DNA from: Deltaproteobacteria bacterium
Lineage (GTDB): Bacteria; Myxococcota_A; UBA9160; UBA6930
Direction: 5' to 3'
DNA: 64,000 bases
NCBI GenBank assembly: GCA_029261775.1
Contig: JAJDAR010000082.1
Location: 20,215-84,214, forward strand
The notes under the pieces were generated by a model, which was not told the DNA's origin, did not search any database, and saw only the letters and a list, made by a program, of their open reading frames with translations. The position numbers and the translations under genes are program-made. This document shows, one piece after another, positions 1 to 9,819 of this stretch (position 1 is its first letter; each line of letters begins with the position of its first letter).

Positions 1-125
1 GGGTCAGCCAGTTTACTACGAATCGGCGGGCTGGGTACGACTCCCGAGGACGCCCTTGCCAAGCAGAGGCCGGAAGTGATATCCCGACTGGTCGCCCGGA
101 TCACAGGGCGGGCTGGAGACGCGCC

Positions 126-920
126 ATGGCAACCAGGCGGCAGGTTCCGCAGGAACGCTACGACCGCAAATACCTTTTGAGTGACAACACCGAAGGCTTC
201 CAGGAGTTCCAGGAAGGCCGGCTGAGCTTCATCAAGCAGCAGCAGATCGATGGACTCGAGCTCTCCCCGGGCATCCGCCTCCTCGAGGTCGGCTTCGGGC
301 GCGGAGAGTTCGCCTATCAATGCGCCCTACGCGGTGCCGCCCTCACGGCGATCGACTACTCCGAAGCGGCGCTCGAGATCGGCAGGGAGACCCTTGCCGA
401 CTTCCCCGATGCCGACTTGCGAGTGGCGGACTGCCGCGACCTCCCCTTTCCCGACGACTCCTTCGACCGCGTCTACTCGGGGGACGTCCTGGAGCACGTG
501 GACTTCGAGGACGGCGTCCAGATGCTGCGCGAGATGTATCGGGTGCTCGCACCGGACGGCTTCATCTTCCTCCACACGGCTCCGAACACGGTGTTCACGC
601 GCCTTGTCCTGCCCCTGGCAAAACCCTTGCTGCGCGCGATCGACTCGAAAGCGGTGGACACCCTCGAGGACCACATGAAGATCAACGAGTCGGTACACGT
701 CCACGAGTACAACCTGCTCAGCCTGCGGCGAGTCGCCCGGCGGGCGGGGCTGCGGAATGCACGGATCTGGATCGGGAGCGACGTGCTCCGATCCTCCCAG
801 CATCGCCATACCCAGGCGCTCTCGGCAAGCAGGCTCGTCCGCCTGGCCGGGTCCCTGGGCAGGCTGGCGCCCGTCCGGTTCTTCCTGGGTAACGATCTCT
901 ACCTTCGCTGCCGCAAGTAG
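126..920 (+). CDS. class I SAM-dependent methyltransferase
   Basis: 264-aa ORF. Gly-rich SAM motif I LLEVGFGRGEFA, then AIDYSE, DSFDRVYSGDVLEHV and VLAPDGFIFLHT, typical of Methyltransf_11/25-type enzymes. Overlapping frames are Arg/Pro-rich noise. Confidence 0.8.
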   Translation: MATRRQVPQERYDRKYLLSDNTEGFQEFQEGRLSFIKQQQIDGLELSPGIRLLEVGFGRGEFAYQCALRGAALTAIDYSEAALEIGRETLADFPDADLRVADCRDLPFPDDSFDRVYSGDVLEHVDFEDGVQMLREMYRVLAPDGFIFLHTAPNTVFTRLVLPLAKPLLRAIDSKAVDTLEDHMKINESVHVHEYNLLSLRRVARRAGLRNARIWIGSDVLRSSQHRHTQALSASRLVRLAGSLGRLAPVRFFLGNDLYLRCRK

Positions 921-3196
921 AGCAGACCCGCGACGACCAGCGCGACGAGAGTGGTGGCACCGCCCAGGCGCACGCTGCTCGGTCGGTAGACGAACTCGAC
1001 CCGATGCTTCCCCGGTTCCAGGACGACTGCGCGGAACTGCGCATTCGCCGTGAGGACCTCGTGATGGGTACCGTTCACCCGGGCGATCCAGCCGGGGTAG
1101 ACGGTGTCCGTCAGCACCAGGACCCCCCGACGTGACAGCTCCGCCTCTACGATCACCCGCTTGGGTTCGTATCGGACGATCCGAACGGGCTCGATCGCGA
1201 CCCCCGACAGCGCGGGGAGCGCAACCGTGGCAGACAGGCCCTCGAGTACCACGCTCTGGCGGGGATCGAAGTCCGCCGAAGTCAGGGCCGACAACGCGTC
1301 ATCCTGGCTGGCCGCCGCCTCGCCGTGAAACGCCAGATAGGCTCGCGGGAGTGCGCCCCGGTTCTCGTACACGACGTACTGGCCGCCCTTGCGTGGGCGC
1401 GCCAGCGACCAGATGGGCGATCGCTCGGCGAGATCGGAGCGAAGACGTCGATTGAGGTGGTGCAGAACGAGAAACCGGACGCTCATCAGGTCGAGCAGGT
1501 CGAACTTCGAGGAAGTGATGTCTGGATCGAGCCATCCGCTGAAGGGCCTCCTGCTGCGCGCGCTCTCATCGCGGTCGAGCAGCCGGAAGAACCGAGCTCG
1601 GCGTGCGAGGCTGAGGGGCTCGTAGTCCGTCGCCGAGTAGATGCGCTCGAGGGTTCCGTGCTTCGCCATCATGGCGAAATCGAGGCGGCTTCCTCCGAGG
1701 AGCAGGCTTCGATCCAGGCCCTGGCGCGATCGAAGGTAGGCGAAGACGGACTGCTCCTGGTCCTGAAGCCCGGGCTCGTGGAACGGATGCCGATTCGTGT
1801 TGCGCGTCGCGAGGAAAGGGTCGGCAACGGCCAGCAGAGCCAGGACTCCGACGATCCCACGATGCAGGCCCGGACTCCGGATGAGGCTGCCCGCCAACGC
1901 AAGCAGCGCCGAGGACCACAACAGGGCGTGAGTCGGCCCCGAAGGTCGCTGGCTCAGCGAGACGAGTGCAGCGACCGACAGGACCACCACCGGGACGAGC
2001 CATCGTCGATGCCTGTTTCGATCCAAGGACGAGAGCACGTGCGTTCCGACGCCGGCGAGAGCCGCCCCGGCAAAGGCGTAGAGGAAGACGATGCGCTGCG
2101 GTTCGCGGAACCATTGGGCGCTCGGCACGGAGAGAAACGCCCTTCCCCACTCGGTGTGCACCGTGAGCGCGACGCCGGCGCCCAGGGCAAGGATCGACCA
2201 GAGGGCCGCCAGCCTCACCCCCATCCCCCGGGCGAGCAGGGAGAGCGGGATCAGGATCAGGGCCGGAATGCCCAGGTAGGTCCATCGCGGAGGCCCCACG
2301 ACGGCATTCGTGGCAGACGCGATGAGCTGGCCGGGTGCCGTACCGCCGAAGAGCATCATCTCCGAGGTCGAGAGGGAGCCGGTTCGCCGAGGGCTCAAGG
2401 CCTGCAGCTCGAAGCTCGGAAGGAGCTGGACGGCCGCGAGGGCCAGGCCCAGCCCGGCTCCGAGGCCCAGCAGACCCACCATGCGAAGCCTTCCCGGGGA
2501 CCCGACGACCCTTCCAGCGGCGATCCAATGAAGGCCGCAATAGAGGACCAGGGCGTACATCGAGTAGGTCCACAGCTGGAGCCATCCGGCGAGGATCGGC
2601 ATGGCGATCGACGCGGCCAGGGCGACGACCCACCGCGATCCTCCGCCACGCACGACCCGGTCCGCGGCAAGCAGACTTGCCGGCAACCAGATGCTTGCGG
2701 CCAGCGCCGGGGGGAACCAGTTGGCTCGCGACACGACGAAGCCCGACAGGACGAAGGTCGTCGCAGCCACGACACAGGCGATCCGACCGAGCCCCCAGAC
2801 ACGCGCGAGCATGTACATGAACACCGCACCCATCGACAGATGAAGCACGGCCACCAGTTCGACAGCGATGCGCGCCTCGAAGAGGAGATACGGGAAGTTG
2901 AACGGGTAGAGGCTCCCCGGGAGAAGAGTTGCCAACGCCGGATGGCCAGCTCCCTGGTAGGGATTCCACAGGGGCAGCTCTCCGGAGAGCCAGCTGTCGC
3001 GGATGCCGGTAGCGACAGGGACGATGTACGTGAACAGGTCGACGTTGCCCAGGTTGCGCACCAGCGGCGACTCGCTGGCCGGATCCAGGATCCGGAGCTT
3101 CCAGAACGCCAAGGTGACGAGCGCGAGGCCCGCCAGAGCCAGGCAGTCCCGCAACCGACTCGCCCCGGGAGACCCGGCCCTTCCAGCTCCCGACAT
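899..3196 (-). CDS. YfhO-family polytopic membrane protein (putative GT-C glycosyltransferase), paralog 1
   Basis: 765 aa with many hydrophobic segments. N-terminal GELPLWNPYQGAGHP and C-terminal YPGWIARVNGTHHEV...GKHRVEFVYRP followed by a final TM helix, which is the YfhO hallmark. Confidence 0.8.
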   Translation of the reverse strand: MSGAGRAGSPGASRLRDCLALAGLALVTLAFWKLRILDPASESPLVRNLGNVDLFTYIVPVATGIRDSWLSGELPLWNPYQGAGHPALATLLPGSLYPFNFPYLLFEARIAVELVAVLHLSMGAVFMYMLARVWGLGRIACVVAATTFVLSGFVVSRANWFPPALAASIWLPASLLAADRVVRGGGSRWVVALAASIAMPILAGWLQLWTYSMYALVLYCGLHWIAAGRVVGSPGRLRMVGLLGLGAGLGLALAAVQLLPSFELQALSPRRTGSLSTSEMMLFGGTAPGQLIASATNAVVGPPRWTYLGIPALILIPLSLLARGMGVRLAALWSILALGAGVALTVHTEWGRAFLSVPSAQWFREPQRIVFLYAFAGAALAGVGTHVLSSLDRNRHRRWLVPVVVLSVAALVSLSQRPSGPTHALLWSSALLALAGSLIRSPGLHRGIVGVLALLAVADPFLATRNTNRHPFHEPGLQDQEQSVFAYLRSRQGLDRSLLLGGSRLDFAMMAKHGTLERIYSATDYEPLSLARRARFFRLLDRDESARSRRPFSGWLDPDITSSKFDLLDLMSVRFLVLHHLNRRLRSDLAERSPIWSLARPRKGGQYVVYENRGALPRAYLAFHGEAAASQDDALSALTSADFDPRQSVVLEGLSATVALPALSGVAIEPVRIVRYEPKRVIVEAELSRRGVLVLTDTVYPGWIARVNGTHHEVLTANAQFRAVVLEPGKHRVEFVYRPSSVRLGGATTLVALVVAGLLYLRQRR

Positions 3197-3197
3197 C

Positions 3198-5324
3198 TCA
3201 GGCCCTCGCGCTCTGTTCGGACCTGCGTGCCCACAGCAGAGCGATCAGGGCGATCGCCGTCGAGAGCACGAACAGAATCGCGCCAACGCGGAACGAGTTG
3301 GGCCGGTAGACGAAGGCGACGCGGTGCCGCCCGGCCTCGAGCCGGACGCCACGGAAGATCGCGTTCGTTCGCACGATGGCAGCCTCCTCGTGGCCGACGC
3401 GGGCAGACCACCCTGGATAGTAGAGGTCGGTCAAGACGAGGAGACACTCAGCGTGGCAGGAAGCGTCCACGATGACGCGGTGAGGCTTCACCAGGCGGAT
3501 CCGGGCCGCACCGACCGAGCCGCGCAGCTCGCCGTCCAGGGAAGGACCTTCCGCGACGACCGCCTCCGCCCGCGGATCGAAGTCCGGGGCCACGATGTGC
3601 TCGCGGGCGACCCGAGCATCGGCCAGGACTCGAGTCCGGCCCACGACGTAAGCCCGGGGGACGGCCGTTTCACGGAGAAAGAGCGAGGAGTTGCCGACGC
3701 GACGAGCCGTTGCGTTCTCCGTCGTCTGGAGCCGCGCCAAGCCCTCGATGACACCGCTTCGAGCCGTTTGTGCCGCCCAGTAGCGGGCGCTCATGAGGTC
3801 GAGCAGCCTCGGTAGCTCCGGATCCGAGGGGTGCCTCGGGGTCTCGAGAACCGAGAGCCCACCATGCCAGAGGTGCTGCTTTCCGAAGTAGTCGGCATAG
3901 CTCCCCGGAATCATCGGCTGGTAGTCGGGCACGACCGGGACCCGATTCATCATCCCCAGCTTGTAGAGCAGGTCCAGGGAGCGGATGTGTCCCCAATCCT
4001 CGATGAACGTCCTCGACTCCTGACCTTGTTGCTCGAGGAAGCGAACGAGCTCGGGGGGACCCGTGCGTGGGTGATCCCACGAAATCGGAACCGCCCAGGG
4101 AAGAGCCGCCATCACCCAGGCATCGACGGTGATCAGGCCCACCGCGAGACCACTCGCCAGGCGGCTGGCGACGCGGGTGCGCTCCGAAGCCCAGCAAAGG
4201 AGCTGATCCAAGCCCAGTCCGAGCAGGATCGACCAGATCAATCCGTAGAAGGGCGCCATCCGCGCCGGGCTGCGAAACAGGTCACCCAGCGGGAGTGCGT
4301 GGTGCACTCGAAAGACGGGCGTCGAGGGTCCCATCATGAAGAGCCCTGTGAGGAGCGCCGCTGAGGCGAACGTCAGCCCGAGCCACCTCGGCCTGCGCCA
4401 CAGCGCCAGAGGGAGAGCCGCGAGCGCGAGCCAGGTCACCCGGGGAGCGAGCTGGCCGTGGGGAGCACTCGAAATCCAGCCCTCCCATGGGATGAAATGC
4501 GCGAGCGCAATCGATCTCCATGGCAAGAACCCCCACGACGCCTCTGCCAGGCTCAGCCCGTCGAGGCCCCTCGCGCCCAGCTGGCTCAGCTCGAGCGTGG
4601 GGAGCAGCTGAGGCGCGATCCACCCGAGGAACCAGACGGCGGCAACCAACGAGAGGCCCACGAAGCGCGGACGCTGGCCGACGAGGAACAGACCCAGCGC
4701 AGCTGCGAAGAACGCCGCCAGCAGACTTCCGTAGAGGAAACCCTGCGCGTCCCCTCCGAGAAAACCCATCGCTGCGCAGAAGGCGGCGATCGCCGCCTCC
4801 TGCAGCCGCGGGCGCTTCGCCAGGCCAACGAGTGCCCAGCACAGGGCCGGCGCCCAGACGAGTGTCGAGAGATAGAAGACGGTGTAGACGCGGATCAGGA
4901 CCGGCTCGGAGAGCGCGAACGCGATGGCCGCAGCCAACGCGGCCCCACGCCGCAGCTCGAGCCTTCGCAGCAGCAGGAACACGAAGAGGCCGGCCAGGAA
5001 GATGTGAAGAACCGCGTGCGAGGCAAGAGCCGCCTCGGCGGGGATGGCCGCAAGGAGCAGCAGGTTCGGCGGATAGAGGATGCCGGTCGCCTGCGCTGCC
5101 AGGACGGGGAAGCCAGCGAGCTGGTAGGGGTCCCATAGCGGGAGCCGGCCCTCCAGCAGCTCGTTCCGCAGGAAGACCGCGGTCGGGTACGAGTAACGCA
5201 CCACGTCGGAGCTCGAGAGCACCTCGAACTGGGGCGCGAGGACGTGAATGCGGTGCGCCCACAGGCTTCCCACGATCACCGCAAGAAGAACAGGAGCTCC
5301 AGCCCGACGCAGCACAGGTCGCAT
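3198..5324 (-). CDS. YfhO-family polytopic membrane protein, paralog 2
   Basis: 708 aa. GRLPLWDPYQLAGFP near the N-terminus and YYPGWSARVGHEEAAIV...GRHRVAFVYRP near the C-terminus. Lies 1 nt upstream of paralog 1 on the same strand. Confidence 0.8.
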   Translation of the reverse strand: MRPVLRRAGAPVLLAVIVGSLWAHRIHVLAPQFEVLSSSDVVRYSYPTAVFLRNELLEGRLPLWDPYQLAGFPVLAAQATGILYPPNLLLLAAIPAEAALASHAVLHIFLAGLFVFLLLRRLELRRGAALAAAIAFALSEPVLIRVYTVFYLSTLVWAPALCWALVGLAKRPRLQEAAIAAFCAAMGFLGGDAQGFLYGSLLAAFFAAALGLFLVGQRPRFVGLSLVAAVWFLGWIAPQLLPTLELSQLGARGLDGLSLAEASWGFLPWRSIALAHFIPWEGWISSAPHGQLAPRVTWLALAALPLALWRRPRWLGLTFASAALLTGLFMMGPSTPVFRVHHALPLGDLFRSPARMAPFYGLIWSILLGLGLDQLLCWASERTRVASRLASGLAVGLITVDAWVMAALPWAVPISWDHPRTGPPELVRFLEQQGQESRTFIEDWGHIRSLDLLYKLGMMNRVPVVPDYQPMIPGSYADYFGKQHLWHGGLSVLETPRHPSDPELPRLLDLMSARYWAAQTARSGVIEGLARLQTTENATARRVGNSSLFLRETAVPRAYVVGRTRVLADARVAREHIVAPDFDPRAEAVVAEGPSLDGELRGSVGAARIRLVKPHRVIVDASCHAECLLVLTDLYYPGWSARVGHEEAAIVRTNAIFRGVRLEAGRHRVAFVYRPNSFRVGAILFVLSTAIALIALLWARRSEQSARA

Positions 5325-5453
5325 GACAGAATGCGGTGGCGGCTAGGATCGCCGGCGGCGGGGTACGGCTCTTTGGTTCTGCGGCATCGGGCCTCGCACC
5401 TCGCCGCGAGCACGCGCGAGTGACCCGAGTATACACCAGGGGCCGTCGCGCCC

Positions 5454-5469
5454 TGGAATCGGAGTTGCT
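5454..5469 (+). promoter_or_regulatory. candidate sigma54 (-24/-12) promoter
   Basis: TGGAAT-CGGAG-TTGCT matches TGGCAC-N5-TTGCW at the invariant GG and GC with correct spacing. It lies in the 298-bp divergent intergenic region, about 160 nt upstream of the third YfhO gene. Confidence 0.3.
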
Positions 5470-5622
5470 CCCGCGACCGATCCGGAGCGACCTCGCCACC
5501 AGCCGACGCGTAGCCACCCCGTCGGCTTCCATCGGCCGGTTCGAGTCTCCCTCGGGCCGAAACCATCCGCTCGGAGCTCGCAGCCCTTGTGATACGCTCC
5601 CCGGCCAGGATCGAGCCCCCGC

Positions 5623-7887
5623 TTGGGACCCATGGCACGCGCAGAATCTCGAACACCCGTTGCGCGCGGCCGCGCCTCCTCCTGGATGCCGATCGCAGCG
5701 CCGGTCGTGGCGGTCTCAGCCGGCATGGCCATCTTCTGGGGTTGGATCCTCCCCGTCGCCACCCGCGACCTGCCGAAGACCTTCGGTCCCCTGGCCCGAT
5801 GGGACCTCGAGACCTACTTCCTGCCGAAGTTCGTCTACGGCTCGGCGGAGTTCCTCGGAGGCGTGCTTCCGATCTGGAACCCCTTCGAGTTCGCCGGCTA
5901 TCCCCTCGCGGCCGCCGCCCAGCCGGCGGCGCTGTACCTCCCGAAGATCGCGCTGTTCGGCTGGCTCGAGCCCACGCTGGCGCTGCAGCTCTTCCTGGTC
6001 CTCCACTACGTCCTGGCTGCCGCCACTTTCGCGTTGCTGGGGCGCAGCCTCGCGCTTCCGACGCTCGGCATCACCGTGGGAGCGGTGTTCTACTGCTTCA
6101 GCATGACCATGCTGGGCAGCGTGGGCCACCCGGTGAAGATCTCGAACCTCGCCTGGACACCTCTCGTCTTCCTGATGGTCGACCAGTGGGGTAGCCATCG
6201 CAGGGCGACGGCCCTCGCGTTCCTGGTCCTCGTGCTCGCGATCCAGCTGACGGCCGGGTACCCGGCGTTCGTGATCGACACGGCCCCCCTTCTCGCGGTC
6301 TTCGCGCTGGGCCGTTGGGTCGAGGGTCGCTGGACCGTGCCGCCTTGGAAGAGCATTCCGGTGATCGCGGCCGCGTTCGCTGCCTCGGCGCTCGTCGCGG
6401 GGATCCAGGTCTTTCCGCTCGCGGAACTCGTCGGCATCAGCGGTCGCCTGGAGAACGCGTCCGAGATCGCTGCGATGGAGGGCCCACGTTCGAGCCTGGA
6501 GCTCCTCCTCCTCTTCCACACGGGGTTCGTCGCCCTCTACGGCTTCGTCCTGGCAGGAATCCGCCGCCACTCCGTGGCCGTGGTCGGCGTGCTCTTCGCC
6601 TGCCTGTTCCTGGTTCTCGGCGGTTGGAAGCTGCTTCGCCTGCTGCCGATCTACTCGTCGATCCGGATCCCGGCTTCCTACCCCTACCTCATGCAGCTTC
6701 CCCTTGCGTTGCTGGCGGCGGAGGGCGTACGGCGCGGCATGTCCGGCGAGGGCCGCGCGCGCCAGATGATCCGCTTGGGGGGGCTTCTCTGGGCTCTCGC
6801 GTGTCTGCTCGTACCGCTGGCCTTCGACCGGAGCTGGGGCGTGGAGCTGGGGCGCGCCATGCAGATCGCGTCGCCGTCGGCGGGCACCCTCCTGCACATG
6901 GGCCTCGGAGCAGGAGGCGGGCTGATGCTGGCAGCAGCATGGCGATCGCGTGCGACCGGTGCGGCCTGGGTCGCCGCGGCCGTCTGCCTGCTCGCGGTCG
7001 GGCAGCTGTCGAGCTACCCGAGCCTGCGGCCGATCTGGCCACTCCCCCCCCTGCCCGGACCCTCGCGGTCCTTGCAGCTCGTGCCCCCGGAGGTGCTTGC
7101 AGAGGGCCGGGTGTTCTCGCTCTACGATGCGCGCGGCGGGTTCCATCTCCTCGACCGCATCGAGAACACCTCGGGACGCGAAGGCAGCCTTCCGCCCCTT
7201 CGGTACCGCGACGTCGAGCGACGGCTCGGGCTCGTCGTCGGCACGCTACACGCCGATTGGGAAGCGGTGGCGTCGTCACCGGGCTACCTCGACACGCTGG
7301 ATGTCGCCTTCCTCGTCGTTCCGCGGCCGTGGGAGAAGACGTTCCTGGATGCTGGCTTCCAACCGACCCGCGACGGGTCCCAGCCAGGCCCCTGGACCGC
7401 ACTTCGGAACCCCGGGCGGATCGGTCGCGCGTGGGTGGTGCACGGCGTTCATGCCGTCGACGAGCCCGCGCAAGCGCTCGACGCCCTCCTGGCGCCGGAC
7501 TTCGACGCCCGGTCGCAGGTGATCCTCGAGAAGCCCACCCGGCATACCCATCCCTTCCGGTCGTCGAGACCCGCCCGGGCGGTCCCGGTCGTGTACGGCT
7601 CTCCGACCGAGGTCAGGATCGAAGTCGCTCTCGAGGAGCCCGGGATCCTCGTGCTGGCAGACTCGTGCTTTCCCGGGTGGCTGGCCCGGATCGACGGCGT
7701 CGACGAGCCGGTCCACTGCGGCAACTACCTCGTGCGCGCGGTGGAGCTCGATGCGGGCCCGCATGTCGTCGAGTTCCTGTATCGGCCCTGGTCCGTACGC
7801 TGGGGCCTCGCGAGCACGGGTTTCTCCGGCATTCTCCTCGTCGGCGTTCTCGTCCACCCCTGGCTGCGGAGGCGACGCGAAGCATGA
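5623..7887 (+). CDS. YfhO-family polytopic membrane protein, paralog 3
   Basis: 754 aa. GVLPIWNPFEFAGYP and CFPGWLARIDGVDEPV...GPHVVEFLYRP motifs. The ORF starts with TTG at 5623; the ATG at 5632 is a likelier start. Divergent from paralog 2. Confidence 0.8.
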   Translation: MGPMARAESRTPVARGRASSWMPIAAPVVAVSAGMAIFWGWILPVATRDLPKTFGPLARWDLETYFLPKFVYGSAEFLGGVLPIWNPFEFAGYPLAAAAQPAALYLPKIALFGWLEPTLALQLFLVLHYVLAAATFALLGRSLALPTLGITVGAVFYCFSMTMLGSVGHPVKISNLAWTPLVFLMVDQWGSHRRATALAFLVLVLAIQLTAGYPAFVIDTAPLLAVFALGRWVEGRWTVPPWKSIPVIAAAFAASALVAGIQVFPLAELVGISGRLENASEIAAMEGPRSSLELLLLFHTGFVALYGFVLAGIRRHSVAVVGVLFACLFLVLGGWKLLRLLPIYSSIRIPASYPYLMQLPLALLAAEGVRRGMSGEGRARQMIRLGGLLWALACLLVPLAFDRSWGVELGRAMQIASPSAGTLLHMGLGAGGGLMLAAAWRSRATGAAWVAAAVCLLAVGQLSSYPSLRPIWPLPPLPGPSRSLQLVPPEVLAEGRVFSLYDARGGFHLLDRIENTSGREGSLPPLRYRDVERRLGLVVGTLHADWEAVASSPGYLDTLDVAFLVVPRPWEKTFLDAGFQPTRDGSQPGPWTALRNPGRIGRAWVVHGVHAVDEPAQALDALLAPDFDARSQVILEKPTRHTHPFRSSRPARAVPVVYGSPTEVRIEVALEEPGILVLADSCFPGWLARIDGVDEPVHCGNYLVRAVELDAGPHVVEFLYRPWSVRWGLASTGFSGILLVGVLVHPWLRRRREA

Positions 7888-8576
7888 GGGTTGCCGTCGT
7901 CATTCCGGCCTTCAACGAGGAAGCGTCGATCGGTGCCGTCGTGCGCGCGACGCGGGCGTTGGAGCTCGCTCCCCGCGTCATCGTCGTCGACGATGCATCG
8001 GGGGACCGCACGGGCGAGGAGGCCCGCGCTGCCGGAGCCACGGTGCTCTCGCTGGTCTTCAACGGCGGAATTGGAGCGGCCGTGCAGGCCGGCCTCCGCT
8101 TTGCGCTCGAGGACGCGCCGGATCTGGTCGTCCGGGTCGACGGCGACGGCCAGCACGACCCGGACGACATCCCGCGGCTGGTCGAAGTGCTCGTCTCCCA
8201 GAAGGCGCAGCTGGTGCTGGCATCACGCTATCTCTCGAAGGGCGGTCTACAGACCACGAGGGCGCGCCGCATCGGTATCGCGTGGTTCTCCCTGATGCTT
8301 CGTTGGGTCTGCGGCTTGACCATCACGGACCCGACCTCCGGGTTCTGGGCGGCTGACCGCGAGGCTGCCGAGCTCCTGTTGGCGCAGTATTCGAGCGACT
8401 ACCCGGAGGTCGACTCGCTGGTCTATCTGCACCGGAAGGGCCACGCGATCGTCGAGGTTCCCGTCGTCATGAAGCCCCGCAGCGGTGGCGTCTCGTCGAT
8501 CCAAGGACCTCGCAGCTTGTTCTACATGGTCAAGGTCACTCTCGCGCTCCTGATGCAGCGAGTCACACCGCGGTAG
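7884..8576 (+). CDS. family 2 glycosyltransferase, Dpm1/GtrB/CsbB-like polyprenyl-phosphate sugar synthase
   Basis: Internal ATG of the 6315..8576 ORF. MRVAVVIPAFNEE, VIVVDDASGDRT, VDGDGQHDP, ASRY and DPTSGF are GT2 Dpm1-like signatures. The ATG overlaps the YfhO stop codon as ATGA. The upstream part of the ORF is Arg/Pro-rich noise. Confidence 0.85.
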   Translation: MRVAVVIPAFNEEASIGAVVRATRALELAPRVIVVDDASGDRTGEEARAAGATVLSLVFNGGIGAAVQAGLRFALEDAPDLVVRVDGDGQHDPDDIPRLVEVLVSQKAQLVLASRYLSKGGLQTTRARRIGIAWFSLMLRWVCGLTITDPTSGFWAADREAAELLLAQYSSDYPEVDSLVYLHRKGHAIVEVPVVMKPRSGGVSSIQGPRSLFYMVKVTLALLMQRVTPR

Positions 8577-8586
8577 GAGAACCCGA

Positions 8587-8967
8587 ATGGAGTTCCAGCT
8601 CTTCCAGACCGTCGCGGCCCTGGGTTCGATCGGCCTCGTGGGGATCGTCCTCGAGCTGATCCGGCGTCGCAGCATCCAGGACGAGCTGTGGCTGCCCTGG
8701 CTCGCCCTCTCGGCCGCGCCCCTCTTCCTCAGCCTCTCGACGGGCACGTGGGGTGGCTTCGCCCGATCGCTCGGGGTGATCTACGAGCCGTCCCTGCTGC
8801 TCGCGTTGGGATTGCTGATGGCCTTCGCGATGCTCCTGTACCTGTCGACGGTGGTCTCTCGCCTGATCCGCCACAACCTCCTGTTGGCGCAGGAGGTCGC
8901 GGTACTTCGGGCGAGGGGGCTTGCGCCGCTGGCGACGACAGACCGCTCAGCTCCGGCGGATGGCTAG
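8587..8967 (+). CDS. small membrane protein, DUF2304-like GT2 partner
   Basis: 126 aa with 3-4 hydrophobic helices. The LIRRRSIQDELWLPWL motif resembles the DUF2304 proteins that commonly follow Dpm1-like GT2 genes. Confidence 0.55.
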   Translation: MEFQLFQTVAALGSIGLVGIVLELIRRRSIQDELWLPWLALSAAPLFLSLSTGTWGGFARSLGVIYEPSLLLALGLLMAFAMLLYLSTVVSRLIRHNLLLAQEVAVLRARGLAPLATTDRSAPADG

Positions 8968-9819
8968 CGTCAGCGCGTCGCCGAAGTTCACGTACAGACT
9001 GAGCGGCAGGTTCCCAAGGCTCTGCAGCGCCCGGGGCCATCGGGTGGCCACGGCTCGAGCCTTGAAGACTGCGTTGGCGAAGCTGACACGCCGCCCGAGG
9101 CGACGCCTGCGAACCGGTCCGGTGAGGCCTCCCTCGCGAGCGAGGGTTTCGAGCCCGTCCGACGAGAAGTAGAAGAGATGCTGGGGCGGGTCCAGGAAGT
9201 ACCAGCTCGCGCCGAGGAGACGTGCCCACGGGCTGGCGCGATCCCCGGTCTCCAGGATCAGCCAGCCCTCGGGCGAAAGCAGCTCGCACGCACGACGGAC
9301 GCAGGCGGCTGGATCCCTCATGTGCTCGATCACGTCGAAGAAGGTGACGACGTCGAAGGGACCGCCGAGGTCGAGGTCGAGGAAGTCCCCCGCGACGACG
9401 GTTCGACCGGTTCGCCGTTCGGCCTCGGCTGCGCAGTCCGCAGCGATCTCCACGCCCATGGCATCCCAACCCCGGCGCGCGGCGACGTCGACCAGGACCC
9501 CGTAGGCGGCTCCCACGTCGAGCAGCCGGCCAGGCGGTCGGCAGGAGCGCTCCACCCAGGCGAGGCGGTCGGCGAAGTTGCGCTCGAGCAGCGGAAGATC
9601 GGCCAGGTAGCTCGGGTAGCCGGTCTCCTCGCCGCCGGAGAAGTAGGCCTCGGAGTAGAGGCTCTCGAGGTCATCCGGGACCTGATGGGCCGCGAGGAAG
9701 CCGTTGCCGCAGGCGGAGCAGCGCTCGAGCTCGTAGCCACGAATCCGATGCCAGGGCTGGGTGGGGGCCCCACAAAGCCCGCAGGAGCCGCCTGCCTGAG
9801 CGAGCGTGGAGTCCGACAT
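8947..9819 (-). CDS. class I SAM-dependent methyltransferase with N-terminal Cys4 zinc ribbon
   Basis: 290 aa. CGLCG...CSACG zinc ribbon, then LLDVGAAYG (motif I) and FDVVTFFDVIEHMRDP. Confidence 0.8.
   Translation of the reverse strand: MSDSTLAQAGGSCGLCGAPTQPWHRIRGYELERCSACGNGFLAAHQVPDDLESLYSEAYFSGGEETGYPSYLADLPLLERNFADRLAWVERSCRPPGRLLDVGAAYGVLVDVAARRGWDAMGVEIAADCAAEAERRTGRTVVAGDFLDLDLGGPFDVVTFFDVIEHMRDPAACVRRACELLSPEGWLILETGDRASPWARLLGASWYFLDPPQHLFYFSSDGLETLAREGGLTGPVRRRRLGRRVSFANAVFKARAVATRWPRALQSLGNLPLSLYVNFGDALTLAIRRS

Noticed and set aside
1-125. Possible 3' end of an upstream gene, or 5' extension of the first methyltransferase
   Set aside because: Two frames are open to the left edge, but 125 nt gives no motif. 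There is no in-frame start upstream of ATG 126 within the window, so this cannot be supported.
1325-3475. 716-aa plus-strand ORF overlapping the first two YfhO genes
   Set aside because: Arg/Gly/Pro/Glu/Asp-rich low-complexity translation with no hydrophobic core or motifs. It is a typical antisense shadow ORF of high-GC coding DNA. The minus-strand frame carries clear YfhO motifs.
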